Source of the DNA: Vezdaea acicularis
Lineage: Eukaryota
Direction: 5' to 3'
DNA length: 64,000 bases
NCBI GenBank assembly: GCA_026025075.1
Contig: JAPEUI010000047.1
Span: 1-64,000 of the forward strand
Of the stretch, positions 62,712 to 64,000 are shown one piece after another (within the stretch, counting starts at the first letter, position 1; every line of letters begins with the position of its first letter). The position numbers were made by a program, and so were the translations under genes. Below the pieces are notes generated by a model. That model searched no databases, was not told where the DNA came from, and saw nothing but the letters and a program-made list of their open reading frames with translations.

Positions 62712-64000
62712 ATGAGCCGTTCAATTGAGCAAACCCTCTCGACTCTGCTACCCACACTAAGTTACCCTGTACCTAGCACCCTTATTGACCTTGCATCTTC
62801 CCTTCTTGCCCAGTCTCGCCCTATCTCCTTGAAGCCGGATGAGGAGATTGCACGGACTTACGCATGTGCGAATATAGCCTGCGAAAGGTTTGGAGTCCAT
62901 TGGTCTTCGAGCTTGGTCTGTTGCTAACTATCATTATAAGGCTTAAGCAGAAGCTCAACCTGCCCAAAATCGAACCGCGACCCCCCTGCCCCCCGTCTAT
63001 ATATAATAAGATGTTCACATATCTCGAAACGATGCTGTCTAAACCGCCTGCGAAGGTCGAAAGACCGCAAAATAAGGCTCTAAAAGACTCGTTACGACTC
63101 GGGCGCTCTAAAGAGCAAGAATTGAGGTCTGCGTCGGAACATACAGGAAGGCCAAATAATGAGACTGAACGAGCCTCCCCGAGCCTACATCGGTCACCCA
63201 ACACGATAGAGCCAGGAGCTACACTCACCAAAAGGAAGAAGGGGCGACCGAGTGGAGCTGATGAGGAAGCAGCCCATCGAGATGACCGATCACCATATAG
63301 CAGAGATACTACACCTAAAGTACACTCCCAAAGGCAAAGAAAACCTCATCCCACGCCCGTACAGGCCCGTCCAAACCCCAAGCCTCGAAAACTCAATGGA
63401 GTCAGCAAGCAGGACCTTGATCAACTGCGGCCATGGGTCGCTCCCACTATACGACACCTCTGCTTTTGGCTCAAAACGCCCGCAGCAGTCCCACATATGC
63501 TCGCCGGAGTGACAACCATTTTGACTCAGCCTCTATGGCTTGATGATGGCACCCAAAAGGTTCCCGAGAAGAAGGACAAGGTACCCGCGCTGATCATAGC
63601 TGTATACTTCTTCGTTGCCACGAGACTCTCAGGCAAGGAAACTACAGGACAAGAGTATACTCGCCAGAAACACGAGGCGCTTGCCTTGATGGAGAACTGG
63701 GAGGTGGGCAGGAGGGAGAGGGGAAAAGTTGTAGAGAAGGATGTGGATGCTTGGTTGAAGGAGATCAGTGCAAAAGGTTGGCTGCAGCGCGAATGGTTCC
63801 AAAATATCAAGTATGGAGGCGGCCTCGAAAAGGAAGAAGACGAAGAAGATCGGTTATCACAAAGTGGTCAAGACTCAGATGGTGGTGATCAAAATGGGCG
63901 GGAGAAGTCGTCGCGGAAAAGGAAAAAGCATAGCGCGGATCAGGAAACCCCTGTTTATGGATTGGGGACAATGGTACGTTACTTTACTAAAGTGGGAGCT
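62712..64000 (+). CDS. ORC6: Origin recognition complex subunit 6, partial (runs off window end); intron 62888-62940, next intron starts ~63974
   Basis: MSRSIEQTL..LLP, LASSLLAQSR..LKPDEEIARTYACANIACERLKQKLNLP.IEPRPPCPP, later KVPALIIAVYFFV and GLGTM motifs of fungal Orc6. Confidence 0.9.

Noticed and set aside
4287..63810. Numerous 60-170 aa antisense or alternative-frame ORFs overlapping the large genes
   Set aside because: Shadow ORFs of real coding regions with no independent motifs.

Overview
Eukaryotic DNA from a gene-dense filamentous ascomycete (Pezizomycotina-type genes, short ~45-95 nt spliceosomal introns, very short intergenic gaps); species cannot be determined from sequence alone. 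About 22 protein-coding genes, mostly conserved housekeeping: VAMP7-like SNARE (partial), TRP/Yvc1-like channel, URA2/pyrABCN, EF-hand NADH dehydrogenase, SCC2, RPA12, DOHH/LIA1, DIB1, URB1, PRP22, PBR1-like SDR, G-patch protein, SEC1, SUV3, UMP1, UBL3-like, ERG8, a large PPR protein, SEN54, ELC1 and ORC6 (partial), plus two intron-containing tRNAs (Gln-CTG, Val-AAC). No CRISPR or intact transposon is seen. The most notable observations are: two dispersed paralogous secreted Cys-rich orphan proteins sharing a motif I cannot name; a predicted spliced 24-codon uORF whose stop directly abuts the PPR start codon; an unannotated-looking 725-aa protein with 4E-T/Eap1-type linear motifs; an unusually long structured ERG8 intron; and a hairpin-dense intergenic region with a perfect 45-bp tandem repeat. 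Gene models and splice sites were inferred by eye.
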